64,000 bases of DNA from a bacterium (GTDB lineage: Bacteria; Zhuqueibacterota; Zhuqueibacteria; Residuimicrobiales; Residuimicrobiaceae). Positions within the stretch are counted from its first letter, which is position 1; every line of letters starts with the position of its first letter. The translations under genes and the position numbers were made by a program. The notes beneath the pieces are model-generated. The model was not told where the DNA came from, ran no database searches, and saw only the letters and a list, made by a program, of their open reading frames with translations. This document shows, piece after piece, positions 36,501-47,060 of this stretch. The stretch covers positions 81,962 to 145,961 of the forward strand of contig JAKQNR010000011.1 of the NCBI GenBank assembly GCA_029565685.1. Direction: 5' to 3'.

Positions 36501-38194
36501 GTGGAACGACCACGCCGGCCGTCGGCGTCCATCATTTTGCCGCCAACAGCGTGATTCCCATTATCGCGGTTCCAGCGGCCGGATACCGCTTCGTCAACTG
36601 GTCCCGAGCGGCGGCCCAGGCGGACAGCGCTTCGACCACGGTCACTTTGGACGGCAACCGGACTGTGACCGCCTATTTCGAAGAGATCGAGGAGGTCGTC
36701 AGCGTGCCATGCATTCCGACCGGTCCTTCGTTCGCTTTCAGAGGGCAACTGTTGACATTTTCCGTCGACAGCGCGGCCAGCAACCTCGGCCATGAAATCG
36801 AATACGAGTTCGATTGGGGCGATGCCAATTTTTCTGAATGGGGAACCTGCACGGATCAACAGACGGGTAATATCACCAAAATCACCTCGCCCAACGGCCA
36901 ATCCGGATTGCCCGGTTGGGGCCGTCTGATGGATTACCAATCCGGCGATCTGACGGACATCACGCTCCAGGTGACCGGCGGCTATTTCAAGGATACCGCC
37001 GGGTTGGGAGCGGAGCCGAAAGCCGGTACCGATGCGCACAAGTTTTTCAACGGCATCGTCAGCTGCCTTGGGACCATCTCCTATGAAAATGCGCCGGACA
37101 GCCCGCTGATCATCTCTTTGCGCGGCTTGGATAAGAACAAAAAATATCATCTGGTGTTCTTTTCCAACATAGGCGCCGGCGGATGGGATCATGCGTCATC
37201 GGTGTCGCTGTTCGGCGCTGCGGGATTCGCCAACGAGAGTTCGAACGGGACGGACGAAGCCGGCCAGCCGCTCTTTTCCGGCGCCAATGATGCTTCAACC
37301 CGGCTTCCGGCAGATAACACCAACACCGGCTATATCGCCCGTTTCACCAACCTGCTTTCGGGCGAGGATGGCGAGGTTGAATTGCGGATTGACTTTGCCG
37401 GTAAACCCGGACAGGAGTACAAGGGCAAAGCCGCCAGCGCTTTGATGCTGCAAGAGTTGGATGCCGGCTCCAGCGACACCCTGATGACCGCGTATAATGA
37501 TTTCGCCTGGGGGGACGGCAAACGGTCGCATATTTACAAAGCCTCAGCCATTTATTCGGATGGCATCATCGTTCGCGCTCGAGCTCGGTGTCGAACCCAT
37601 CCGGAAATCGTTTCGAACTGGAGCGACGGCCATACGGTAGTCGTCAAAGGGATCACGCTTGCCGTTTCTGCGGATCCGGCCGGCGGCGGACAAGTCAACC
37701 AGAGTCCGCAACAGACTGATTATGATTTCGGATCTCAGCTCACTTTGAGCGCCGTGGCAGGCACGAACTATCAATTCCGCAGCTGGAATGGCGATGAGAA
37801 AGATACGACGTCGGTAAAAAGCATCACCCTGTTTGCCGATACCAGCATGGTCGCTCATTTTATCCTGACTACTGACGTGGCGCATGCCGGTGATCCCGAA
37901 CTCATGAGCTTTCACCTGCAGCAGAATTATCCCAATCCTTTTAATCCTGAGACCTGCATCTCGTATCAGATACCTGAGCCCGCCACTGTGGTTCTCAGGG
38001 TCTTTAACACCCTTGGACAAGAGATCGCGACGCTGGTCAACGGAACGCAGAACACGGGAAATTACCAGATCAGGTGGGATGCACGGGATTACGCCGGCCG
38101 TAAAGTCACCTCAGGCGTTTATCTCTGCCGGCTGGAGGTTGTCAGCAGCGAGCGGAGGTACATCAAGGATATGAAAATGCTTCTGCTGCAATAG
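33539..38194 (+). CDS. Giant (1551 aa) secreted protein made of ~15 InlB-B-repeat-type domains plus a ~400-aa unique insert and a T9SS C-terminal sorting domain
   Basis: The ATG at 33539 with RBS AAAAAGGAGAG gives a signal peptide ending AMAFAG. Repeats of type YTLTAGNDGHGTVTLSPSGGVYAAGTTVTLTPNPxSGYTFSSWTG....VMNGNKxVTANFTQIT recur. The C-terminus NYPNPFNPETCISYQIPEP...GVYLCRLEV is a Por secretion tail. Confidence 0.7.
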   Translation: MKLYRLKALALFVLAFQAMAFAGTTGHFTWYDTDNNMTIAMTTSTNKTLGGAPLQNGDEVGFFNGSGVCVGGLVWNGSNTAGPAMGVDDFGNPGLTAGEVVQYRLYRPSLNREFTSVSVSYLSGTGAYVPGATRILSVFNASAYTLTMAVSPSGSGTTTPAVGSYLYNPNQVVNVTATASGGNSFLNWTGDVADVNDPTTTVTMNSDKTVTANFGTPQYTLTMAVSPGGSGTTTPAVGGHSYASGESVPITATAATGYHFVNWTVSGGAAVANPTSASTTVSVDQNKTVTANFEQNTYSLTINTVGSGSVTKDPDQTSYAHGAVVTLTANPAAGWTFSGWSGALTGSTNPTTITMDAAKSVTATFTQITYTLTMAVSPAGGGTTTPSIGAHTYNSGTVVTVTASPASGYQFVNWTGNVANPNSATTTVTMNSSKTVTANFSQTTYTLTAGNDGHGTVTLTPPGGTYAAGTTVTLTPVPNSGYLFSSWTGTNDGDVINTGGVYTIVMNGNKSVTALFTQITYTLTAGNDGHGTVSLSPSGGVYAAGTTVTLTPVPASGYTFSSWTGTNVGDIINTGGVYTIVMNGNKTVQANFILTTYTLTAGNDGHGTVSLSPSGGVYAAGTTVTLTPNPSSGYSFSTWSGPNAGDITYSGGVFRIVMNSDKAVTANFTQITYTLTAGNDGHGTVTLSPSGGVYAAGTTVTLTPNPNSGYTFSSWSGTNAGDVTYSGGVYRIVMNGNKSVTANFTQITYTLTAGNDGHGTVTLSPSGGVYAAGTTVMLTPNPGPGYAFSSWTGANAADVVNTGGVYTIVMNGNKAVIANFTQITYTLTAGNDGHGTVTLSPSGGVYAAGATVTLTPNPASGYTFSHWTGANASDVVNNGGVFTLFMNSNKAVTANFIQITYALTAGNDGHGTVTLNPAGGIYPIGTTVTLTPSPSSGYTFTSWSGADSAFVINTNGVYTIVMNANKTVQANFSQIQYLLTMAVSPEGCGTTTPAVGVHHFAANSVIPIIAVPAAGYRFVNWSRAAAQADSASTTVTLDGNRTVTAYFEEIEEVVSVPCIPTGPSFAFRGQLLTFSVDSAASNLGHEIEYEFDWGDANFSEWGTCTDQQTGNITKITSPNGQSGLPGWGRLMDYQSGDLTDITLQVTGGYFKDTAGLGAEPKAGTDAHKFFNGIVSCLGTISYENAPDSPLIISLRGLDKNKKYHLVFFSNIGAGGWDHASSVSLFGAAGFANESSNGTDEAGQPLFSGANDASTRLPADNTNTGYIARFTNLLSGEDGEVELRIDFAGKPGQEYKGKAASALMLQELDAGSSDTLMTAYNDFAWGDGKRSHIYKASAIYSDGIIVRARARCRTHPEIVSNWSDGHTVVVKGITLAVSADPAGGGQVNQSPQQTDYDFGSQLTLSAVAGTNYQFRSWNGDEKDTTSVKSITLFADTSMVAHFILTTDVAHAGDPELMSFHLQQNYPNPFNPETCISYQIPEPATVVLRVFNTLGQEIATLVNGTQNTGNYQIRWDARDYAGRKVTSGVYLCRLEVVSSERRYIKDMKMLLLQ
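34862..36478. repeat. Tandem array of ~7 near-identical 231-bp coding repeats (one InlB-B-like domain each)
   Basis: Units start near 34862, 35093, 35324, 35555, 35786, 36017 and 36248. Adjacent units share long identical DNA stretches, for example ...accgcgggcaatgacggccatggcacagtatcgttgagtccgtccggtggtgtctatgcggccgggaccacggt... Flanking repeats are diverged. Confidence 0.8.
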
Positions 38195-38221
38195 AAAGTA
38201 ATTTAGTAGGCAAAAAATGAA

Positions 38222-38253
38222 CCCGGCCGGCTGCTGACCGGCTGGCCGGGTTT
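38222..38253 (+). terminator. Probable intrinsic terminator after the giant T9SS gene
   Basis: A 12-bp stem CCCGGCCGGCUG/CGGCUGGCCGGG (two G-U pairs) with loop CUGAC is followed by UUUG. Confidence 0.45.
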
Positions 38254-38422
38254 GAATCGTTTGAAACGAAAAGGATTTTCACTGAATCGTTTCGTGGATA
38301 TTTAAAAAGTATGTCTAAAAAAGTGTTTTTTATTTATCCCGCTCAAGTGCGAGAAGAGGGAGGCGGCAAAGAATGTCTTTTAAGTAATTAATTATTAAAA
38401 TTTTAAAATAATAAAAAATCGC

Positions 38423-38451
38423 TTGACTTGTTCGATAATTTTGCTTATAGT
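38423..38451 (+). promoter_or_regulatory. Consensus sigma-70-like promoter (TTGACT-N17-TATAGT) ahead of the flp/tad locus
   Basis: TTGACT at 38423-28, a 17-nt spacer and TATAGT at 38446-51. It sits in an AT-rich island and would give a ~430-nt leader before the first flp. Confidence 0.4.
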
Positions 38452-38891
38452 AAAACGATGCGTTGTTAACATGATATGCTTAAACGAAAAACGCGTCATC
38501 CAGGCGCAGGAGGAACGTCGAAAGCGCAGCTTTAGCTGTATCGTAACTATGCGAAGGTATTTTGCACAGACCGTGTGAGTTAAACCTTTCTTTACCAGGA
38601 TCTTGTTAAACCAGGAGATTGCCCATCTGTCAACAAGGCTTGATGGCGTGATTGATAACGCGGCCGGTGCGATGCAAGTCAAGCAACGACGACGGGCAAC
38701 GTCCATTCGACGGATTTGCTGGATCTCATCCCGGGGTTAGATTGTCTGCTTTTTCACAGCTTCCACTAATTTTACGCTTTGCTTAATCTAATCGGCAGCA
38801 AAGCCTGATTGCTGTATTTATAAAAATGGAATGGAACGAATCCGCAGGGAGGCGTTTGGTGCTCTTTCTGTCATCTTTGATGGATCGTTTG

Positions 38892-39065
38892 ATGCGAAGG
38901 CTCGGCCGTTTTTTCTCTATCCGGTTGCGAGAGGAGGATGGGCAGACGCTGATGGAGTATGCCGTCATCCTGCTGTTGATCGCCCTGGCGGTTATTGCGG
39001 CTTTGACCTTATTCGGCGGCCAGATTCTCGCGCTGTACAATCGGGTGGTCGGCAGCTGGCCGTAG
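38892..39065 (+). CDS. flp: Flp-family type IVb prepilin (copy 1)
   Basis: The processing and core motif REEDG/QTLMEYAVILLLIALAVIAALTLFGG carries the G/xxxxEY prepilin-peptidase site. The open frame extends up to 38826, and alternative starts are at 38880 and 38826. Confidence 0.6.
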   Translation: MRRLGRFFSIRLREEDGQTLMEYAVILLLIALAVIAALTLFGGQILALYNRVVGSWP

Positions 39066-39226
39066 CAACAGTTACTGTGACTGTAAGTGAATTCATTATA
39101 TTGTGGCTCGTACGGGTGGTGGATCGGAGGTCGTACTGATATTCTCGAAAGGGGGGATGCAAAAGCGTTCTATCTTCACCAGCGGTACCATTTAATTCAC
39201 TGTCAACCAAAACAAAGGAGTAGAAC

Positions 39227-39397
39227 ATGCAAGCAGTCATCAATTTCTTCCGTGGTCTCTTTTCAAAAGAAGAGGGACAGACACTGGCTGAGTACGCGTT
39301 GATTCTGGTGTTGATCGCAGTAGTCGTTATTGCTGCTGTTACGCTTCTTGGTAATCAGATCGACGCTGTATTGAGAAACATTGCAGGAGCTTTATAG
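39227..39397 (+). CDS. flp: Flp-family type IVb prepilin (copy 2; 56 aa, below the ORF-track size cutoff)
   Basis: The ATG at 39227 follows an AAAGGAG RBS. The product is MQAVINFFRGLFSKEEG/QTLAEYALILVLIAVVVIAAVTLLG... Confidence 0.7.
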   Translation: MQAVINFFRGLFSKEEGQTLAEYALILVLIAVVVIAAVTLLGNQIDAVLRNIAGAL

Positions 39398-39607
39398 CAA
39401 TTTGTTCGGGAAGTATTTAGCACTTTTACTGGGAACCCGGAAAAGAGGCTTTGCTATAGTAATTTATATGGCTTTGTGATGAGATAATTGGGATAGACGC
39501 AATTGACACTGAGCGTCGCCCATGAAGCGGGGAAATTACCAGCGCGTCTTCTAGATCAATCCATGTGGTTCCCTGCGATTTTAGCAGATGACCTGAGGCG
39601 ATTTCTG

Positions 39608-40069
39608 ATGAGGCTGAAGATTGCGCTGCTACTGGTTATTGCTCTTGCAGCTGCCTGGTGGGATCTGCGCCAACGGCGCATACCCAACTGGCTGACTCTG
39701 CCGGCGTTCATCGCCGGCATCGGTCTGCATGTAACTGCTGAGGGAACTGCAGGCTTGTCCGCCTCTGTGCTCGGCGCAGCGGTGGGAGCGATCCCTTTCG
39801 CTGTGGTCTACTGGTTAGGCGGCATGGGCGCCGGCGACGTCAAACTGATGGCCGGCGTCGGCGCCCTGTTCGCCTTTCCTGCCGCCGTTCAGGCGCTGTT
39901 TTGCATTGCTCTTGCCGGAGGAGTGCTGGCGCTGGTGAGAATCAGCATGCACCTTTACCAGCAACGAGCCGGAACAAAAACCGCCGGCTCTGTTCGGCGG
40001 TTGGAGTTGCCTTATGGGATCGCCATCGCTCTGGGAACCTGTTTTACCATTTTTTTAGGAATGGTGTGA
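39608..40069 (+). CDS. cpaA: Prepilin peptidase CpaA/TadV (A24 family)
   Basis: The sequence [22 protein letters not shown] (conserved Asp) and a second Asp in [14 protein letters not shown] are present. There are five TM helices. The start is chosen at ATG 39608. Confidence 0.65.
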   Translation: MRLKIALLLVIALAAAWWDLRQRRIPNWLTLPAFIAGIGLHVTAEGTAGLSASVLGAAVGAIPFAVVYWLGGMGAGDVKLMAGVGALFAFPAAVQALFCIALAGGVLALVRISMHLYQQRAGTKTAGSVRRLELPYGIAIALGTCFTIFLGMV

Positions 40070-40455
40070 TGAAAAAATTTTGCAAATCGCAAAAAGGCCA
40101 GTCTCTGGTTGAATTCGCCCTGGTGATTCCCATCTTTATTCTGCTTCTCTTCGGCATCATCGAATTCGGTCGGCTGTGGGAGACCATGAACGTTCTCACC
40201 AGCGCCGCCCGGGAAGGCGCCCGCGTTGCAGCAGTCACCTCGCCGGACGGAGCGCGCGTCAGAAGCACAGCGTTGAATTTGCTGGCAGGCAGCGGCCTGA
40301 CCGGCGTCTCTATCACCATCTCCGGCCCCGGCGGAAGCCATGCTGTAACCGTAACGGTGAGCGGAACCTATGTTCCTTTGACCAATGCGGTTATACCAGG
40401 CCTGGTCGGCCCTTTTAACCTTACGCGCAGTACGACGATGCACTGGGAAGGCTAA
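40069..40455 (+). CDS. tadE: TadE-like pseudopilin
   Basis: The ATG at 40069 overlaps the cpaA stop (TGATG). The N-terminal motif [25 protein letters not shown] is of TadE type. Confidence 0.65.
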   Translation: MKKFCKSQKGQSLVEFALVIPIFILLLFGIIEFGRLWETMNVLTSAAREGARVAAVTSPDGARVRSTALNLLAGSGLTGVSITISGPGGSHAVTVTVSGTYVPLTNAVIPGLVGPFNLTRSTTMHWEG

Positions 40456-40470
40456 CACGGAGTCCATACG

Positions 40471-41370
40471 ATGTTTCTGCTCAAGCTCAAATACCTGATC
40501 CCTCTCGCTGTTTTGGCCGCCCTGCTGGCTACGTTGGGCACCTATTCCTATCTGCAGAATCAGAAAACCTCTTTGCAGAAAAAAGAGGAGATGGTGCGTA
40601 CGGTGCTGATCGCCAAAGTCAATCTTCCGGTTGGCACGCGATTGGATGAGACTATGCTGCAGGTAAAAGAATATCCCCCTGAATTGACGCCTGCCGGCAG
40701 TTTTTCACAAATCACTGACCTCGTGGGCCGGGTGACAAAAACCGAAATTTACGCCGGCGAAGTGGTGCTGGAATCACGTTTGGCTGCGCAGGGATCCAGC
40801 AGCGGCTTTGCCGCCGCCATACCAGCCGGCATGCGCGCCATGACCGTGGCGGTCAACGTCGTCAGCGGCGTCAGCGGATTCATTCTGCCTCACGCCAGGG
40901 TCGATGTGCTGGCTACGGTTTCCGCGACCGGCGACAAGGAGGAATCCACCACCACCACGATTTTGGAAAACATCGAGGTCCTGGCAGTAGACCAAACCGT
41001 GGACACCAAGGACAACGAACCGATCACCGTCAAATCGGTCACTCTGTTGGTGACCCCGGAGCAGGCGGAAAAGCTGGCACTGGGAAGTTACGAGGGCAAA
41101 CTGCAGTTGGTGTTGCGCAATACTGCTGATCAGGCTGAAGCCACCCCTTCAGGCGTTCGACTGAAAGAGCTGATCAATAAAAATAAGCCTGTGCAGCCGC
41201 CGCCGCAGCCGCGCGTTCCGCGCACCGAAGCCGCACCAGCGCCGGCTGTTCAACCGCAACCGGTTCAGGAGCCGCCCAAACAGGTGATCGAAGTCTATCG
41301 GTCCAACGTGCGGTCCGAAGTGATTCTGGATGAGGGAACCGCAAAAGAGAGCAAGCCGCAAAAGCCGTGA
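40471..41370 (+). CDS. cpaB: Flp pilus assembly protein CpaB/RcpC
   Basis: An N-terminal TM anchor is followed by SAF-like and RcpC beta-domains (VLIAKVNLPVGTRLDETML). The C-terminus is Pro-rich. Confidence 0.7.
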   Translation: MFLLKLKYLIPLAVLAALLATLGTYSYLQNQKTSLQKKEEMVRTVLIAKVNLPVGTRLDETMLQVKEYPPELTPAGSFSQITDLVGRVTKTEIYAGEVVLESRLAAQGSSSGFAAAIPAGMRAMTVAVNVVSGVSGFILPHARVDVLATVSATGDKEESTTTTILENIEVLAVDQTVDTKDNEPITVKSVTLLVTPEQAEKLALGSYEGKLQLVLRNTADQAEATPSGVRLKELINKNKPVQPPPQPRVPRTEAAPAPAVQPQPVQEPPKQVIEVYRSNVRSEVILDEGTAKESKPQKP

Positions 41371-41398
41371 AGGGTGTTTGGAAAAGGAGATCAGCAGA

Positions 41399-42475
41399 AT
41401 GAGGTTGATTGCATGTTTACCGTTTTTTCGCCGGCTGCGATGGCAGTTAATGACTTGCATCCTGATGCTGGATTGGGTTGCTTTTGCCGGCACGGAACAG
41501 ATCGAGCTCACCACGATTGAACCAGGGCATTCGCAAGTGTTGGTTTACAGCCAGGCCATCAGCAAGGTTTCCATCGCCGATCCCGAGATCGCGGACGCCA
41601 GCGTCATCTCCGCCTCGCAACTGGTGCTGATCGGCAAGGCAGAGGGCTCCACCACTCTGATCGTGTGGGACGAGCAGGGCAATTACCGTCAGCAGCGCAT
41701 TCTTGTGCGCCGGTCTGTGGCCATGCATCAGGTGATGCTGCAGGTGCGCTTTGTCGAAATCAACCGCATCGCCATTCGCGAGCTTGGGCTGGATTTTCTC
41801 GTCAAGGACCGCAAGATCGGCAACGAGCGGGTGGACGTCGGCAGCTTCGCCGGCGATGTAGTCAGCCACACCGATCCGTTAGGATTGAGCGAAATTGTGG
41901 ATTTTTTTATCGCTGTGCCGACGCAGAACCTGACCGCCATGATCAAGGCGCTGGAGGAAAAAAATCTGCTCACCACGCTGGCCAAACCCAATCTCAGCGC
42001 CCGTGAAGGCGCGGAGGCCAGTTTTCTCGCAGGCGGGGAATTTCCCATCCCGATTGTTTCCGGCGCAGCCGGCATGCAGACTGTGACTATCCAGTTCAAA
42101 GAGTTTGGCATCAAACTCAAATTCACCCCCATGGTCCTCGATTCCAACCTGGTCAATCTTAAAGTGGCCACTGAGGTGAGCAGCCTTGATTTTGAAAACG
42201 GCATCACTCTCTCCGGCTTTCGCATTCCTGCCCTGTCCACGCGTAAAACCGACACCAATGTAGACCTGGAAGAGGATCATTATCTCATTCTCGGCGGACT
42301 TTATTCCCAGGAACAGGTTAAAGCGGTATCCAAAATCCCCCTGCTCGGCAGCCTGCCGGTGCTCGGGCGTTTGTTCAGCAGCACCAGCTTCAGCAACAAA
42401 GAAAGCGAATTAATGATCATGATTTCTCCGCAAATCATCAAGGGCGCGCAGCTCTTGCCATCCGGGGAGTGGTAA
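41399..42475 (+). CDS. cpaC: Secretin CpaC/RcpA
   Basis: The ATG at 41399 follows an AAAAGGAGA RBS. The secretin C-domain motifs GGEFPIPI and IPLLGSLPVLGRLF are present. Confidence 0.8.
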   Translation: MRLIACLPFFRRLRWQLMTCILMLDWVAFAGTEQIELTTIEPGHSQVLVYSQAISKVSIADPEIADASVISASQLVLIGKAEGSTTLIVWDEQGNYRQQRILVRRSVAMHQVMLQVRFVEINRIAIRELGLDFLVKDRKIGNERVDVGSFAGDVVSHTDPLGLSEIVDFFIAVPTQNLTAMIKALEEKNLLTTLAKPNLSAREGAEASFLAGGEFPIPIVSGAAGMQTVTIQFKEFGIKLKFTPMVLDSNLVNLKVATEVSSLDFENGITLSGFRIPALSTRKTDTNVDLEEDHYLILGGLYSQEQVKAVSKIPLLGSLPVLGRLFSSTSFSNKESELMIMISPQIIKGAQLLPSGEW

Positions 42476-42477
42476 TT

Positions 42478-43458
42478 ATGAAAAACAATCGATTCGGCCT
42501 TCGCCTGTTGCGAAACGAGCAGGGCAACATCTTTGTGTTGGCAGCCGTCTCTATGATGGCGGTGATGGGCCTGGCGGCCCTGGCCATCGATGTCAGCTAT
42601 ATACTTGCCGCGCGCAACCAGCTGCAGGCCGGCGTGGATGCTTCTGCTTTGGCCGGCGCAGCCGGCCTGATGACCAGCCGGAGTGAAGCCATCCAGCGCG
42701 CAATAGACTATGCCGGTCGCAATCAGTGCATCCGTCAACCAGTGGCGGTCAGCGCCGGCGATGTCACCTTTCCCAGTTCCAGCCGAGTTCGCGTGCAGTC
42801 CTCCCGGCAGCTGCCGCTGTTTTTTGCCCCTGTATTGGGCATGGCCAATCTGAACATCATAGCCGACGCCACGGCGGAGCTCGGGTCCATTACCGGCGCC
42901 AATCACCTCAAACCCTTCGCAGTGCCTGACTTCGGTTTTGATCTGGGGGAGCGCGTGCTGATCAAATCAGGCTCCGTCGGCGCTCCGGGCACCAATCCCA
43001 GTTTTTTCTATCCCACCGATTATCCGCCGGTAAACCGGGGCAATCCGATCCCGGGCGCTGCAGAGTATGAAAGGAACATTGTCAACGGATGCTCCGGCAT
43101 AGTCAAGATCGGCGATGTGCTTCAGATCGAGCCGGGAAATATGGTGGGACCCACAAAACAAGGGGTTGACCAATTGATGGGAATGGATCCCCACGCTCAT
43201 TGGGACAACAACAGCGGATCCGTGGTGGGCAGCAGCTATGCCGGATATTCCAGTCCGCGCATCTGCATCGTTCCCCTTTACGATCCTGACCTTCCGCCTG
43301 ACTCGGGCCGCAACACGATCACCGTCACCGGATTGGCGGTCTTTTTCATCGAGGGCATGCAAGGCAAGGATCTATACGGCCGGTTTATGGAGATGCTGAC
43401 GCACGGCGATTGGGGCAGCGGCAACACCTATCTGTACGGCATCCATCTGGTTGAATGA
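42478..43458 (+). CDS. tadG: TadG-like pilus assembly protein (Tad N-terminal domain)
   Basis: The N-terminus NRFGLRLLRNEQGNIFVLAAVSMMAVMGLAALAIDVSYI matches the Tad N-terminal (TadE/G) signature. The rest has a vWA-like size. Confidence 0.55.
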   Translation: MKNNRFGLRLLRNEQGNIFVLAAVSMMAVMGLAALAIDVSYILAARNQLQAGVDASALAGAAGLMTSRSEAIQRAIDYAGRNQCIRQPVAVSAGDVTFPSSSRVRVQSSRQLPLFFAPVLGMANLNIIADATAELGSITGANHLKPFAVPDFGFDLGERVLIKSGSVGAPGTNPSFFYPTDYPPVNRGNPIPGAAEYERNIVNGCSGIVKIGDVLQIEPGNMVGPTKQGVDQLMGMDPHAHWDNNSGSVVGSSYAGYSSPRICIVPLYDPDLPPDSGRNTITVTGLAVFFIEGMQGKDLYGRFMEMLTHGDWGSGNTYLYGIHLVE

Positions 43459-44661
43459 TTGACGGAACAGGCTTGTATGGAAAAAGCATTATCCTGGATC
43501 TTTATCAGCGACAGCGGGGACAAACGCGGGGACGTATTCCATCACCTCGAACGATCAGAAAAATTACATTTGGCCGGTCACAGTGAGGATTGGCCGTCAG
43601 CGCAGACGCTTCTGAACAAGCTGCAGCCGGATCTGGCACTGCTGGATCTTTCTCATGGGGGGGAGGGACTGAAATGGCTTGAGAGATGGCGCATCCTTTT
43701 CCCGCACACGCTGTTTTTCTGCACCGCTGAGGGCGCCGCTCCGGAGCTTATCGTCCAAGCCATGCGCAAAGGGGCGTGTGAGTTTCTTCTTCCCAAGATG
43801 CCTGGTGAGGAGATCGAACGAGTAGTGCTGTCCGCACAAAAGCGGTCGCTGGAGCGGGGGATTCATGCTCCGGCCAGAGTGATCTGCTGTTATGGCGTCA
43901 AAGGCGGGGTCGGCGCCACCACCCTGGCCACCAATCTTTCCGTGTTTGCCGCCAAGGGACTGGGCAAGCGCGTGCTATTGCTCGATCTTAAAATGCAGCT
44001 GGGCAACGCCGCTCTTTTTCTCGACCTCAAGCCGCGCGTTTCTCTTTTAGAGCTTGTCGAAAATCTGTCCGGCCTGGAGGTCTCCAAGCTGCACGCTACG
44101 CTGGCCCGCCATCACAGCGGCTTGACCTTTATCGCCGGACCGGACAATATGGAGCAGGCGGACAATATTCCGCCGGCCGCAGTGGCTCAGATCATCGATC
44201 TGCTGCGCCCAGAGTTTGATTTTATTTTTATCGACTGCGACAGCTATTTCAGCGAAATAACCCTTCGCGCCCTGGATGAAGCCGATACCATTCTCACCAT
44301 CGCCCAGCTCGATGTGGCCGCGATTTACAATCTCAAGCGCACCCTGGCCCTGTTCCAGCGCCTGGGCTATCATCAGGAAAAAGTGGCGGTGATCCTCAAT
44401 CGCTATCCGCAACGCATGAGCGATGACCTGGAGCTGATTGAAAAATCCATCTCCTCGCCGGTTTTCATCCGGCTGCCGCTGCAGGAGAACGGCGCCCTGA
44501 TCGAAAGCGTCAACACCGGCGAACCGGTGATCATGACCAAACCGCAAAACCGTTTCAGCCTGCAGGTGGCGCAACTGCTGCAGCTGTTGCAGGGTGGATC
44601 AGCGGAGCCGGCGACCAAGCAGAGCAAGGGAGGATTGTTCAAACGATGGGCCAGAGAATAG
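43459..44661 (+). CDS. cpaE: CpaE/TadZ (receiver-like N-domain plus MinD/ParA-type ATPase)
   Basis: The deviant Walker A is [18 protein letters not shown]. The N-terminal ~130 aa are receiver-like. Confidence 0.8.
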   Translation: MTEQACMEKALSWIFISDSGDKRGDVFHHLERSEKLHLAGHSEDWPSAQTLLNKLQPDLALLDLSHGGEGLKWLERWRILFPHTLFFCTAEGAAPELIVQAMRKGACEFLLPKMPGEEIERVVLSAQKRSLERGIHAPARVICCYGVKGGVGATTLATNLSVFAAKGLGKRVLLLDLKMQLGNAALFLDLKPRVSLLELVENLSGLEVSKLHATLARHHSGLTFIAGPDNMEQADNIPPAAVAQIIDLLRPEFDFIFIDCDSYFSEITLRALDEADTILTIAQLDVAAIYNLKRTLALFQRLGYHQEKVAVILNRYPQRMSDDLELIEKSISSPVFIRLPLQENGALIESVNTGEPVIMTKPQNRFSLQVAQLLQLLQGGSAEPATKQSKGGLFKRWARE

Positions 44662-44671
44662 GAGACCGGCG

Positions 44672-46083
<1,412 letters not shown>

Positions 46084-46087
<4 letters not shown>

Positions 46088-47052
46088 TCCTCCCGCTCGT
46101 AGCTTTTTTCCTCTTTTTTCTCCTGATCATTCTGAGCGTGCTGCTGCTGATCTATGAGCGGGGCCGCGGCAGCCGGCGCAAGATCAACCGCCGTTTGGCC
46201 GCCTATTCCGTCGAGATGGGCCTGAATCCGGAGCAACTCCCCCTGGTGCTGCGCGATGAACGGTTGAGCGATATCTCCCTGTTGAACCGTGTCCTCAGCC
46301 GATTGGATTTTACCCGCAAACTCAAGCAGTGGCTGGAGCAGAGCGACAGCAAGATCACGGTCGGCACTCTGCTGCTGGGCATTGCATTGCTGATCATGCT
46401 GGGCCTGCTGTTCACCCGGCATTCGGCAAATTTTCTCTTGCGCTTTCTCATCGTCTTCGGCCTGGGTCTGCTGCCCATCCTGATCATCCTCTATCGTCGC
46501 AATCTCCGTTTGCGCGCGTTCGTGCGCGCTTTTCCCGATGCCCTGGACATGATGACCAGCTCGCTGCGCGCGGGTCACGCGTTGAACAAAGCCATTCAAA
46601 TGGTAGGCCTGGAAGCACCGGATCCCATCGGCGTGGAATTCCGCAAAACGTTCGAGGAGACCAACCTGGGATTGCCCATGCGCGAGGCGCTGGTCAACCT
46701 CACGCAGCGGGTCAACAGCATCGATCTCAAGCTTTTCGTCACCGCGGTGCTGTTACAGCGCGAGACCGGTGGAAATCTGGCCGAGATTCTGGAAAAGATC
46801 AGCTACACCATCCGCGAACGGTTTAAATTAATGGGACAGATCCGCACCTATACAGCCCAGGGCCGAATGACCATGTGGGTGTTAGGAAGCATGCCGGTGG
46901 TTTTTATGATCATCATCAACGCCGTCAATCCGGATTATTTCGCCCCCTTGTTGGAAAGCCCCACCGGCCGCAAGCTGCTGCTGACGGGCGCTGTCATGCA
47001 GATCCTCGGCTTTCTCGTGATTCGCAAAATCATTCGTATCAAATTTCAGTAG
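46084..47052 (+). CDS. tadB: TadB (T2SS GspF-like inner-membrane platform protein)
   Basis: It has GspF-family topology and motifs ([14 protein letters not shown]). Confidence 0.75.
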
Positions 47053-47060
47053 GAAACGTC

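Noticed and set aside
36344-37192. 282-aa minus-strand ORF and other short ORFs inside the giant repeat gene
   Set aside because: They are antisense or out of frame to the 1551-aa repeat protein, whose frame is continuous from signal peptide to T9SS tail.
38395-38706. 103-aa minus-strand ORF in the AT-rich region upstream of flp
   Set aside because: It lies in a promoter and leader region and has atypical AT-rich codon usage for this genome. There is no RBS and no motifs.
38700-39230. Sigma-54 (-24/-12) promoter upstream of the flp genes, expected from the adjacent sigma-54 activator
   Set aside because: There is no TGGCAC-N5-TTGC-like match in either flp upstream region, only the sigma-70-type consensus at 38423.
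39901-40068. Long 5' extension of the tadE-like gene (track ORF 39901-40455)
   Set aside because: The extension overlaps cpaA. ATG 40069 in a TGATG overlap gives the canonical TadE N-terminus.
46875-47060. Long 5' extension of tadC (track ORF 46875-48014)
   Set aside because: The extension overlaps tadB out of frame and is Arg/His-rich junk. ATG 47061 gives a normal TadC N-terminus right after the tadB stop.
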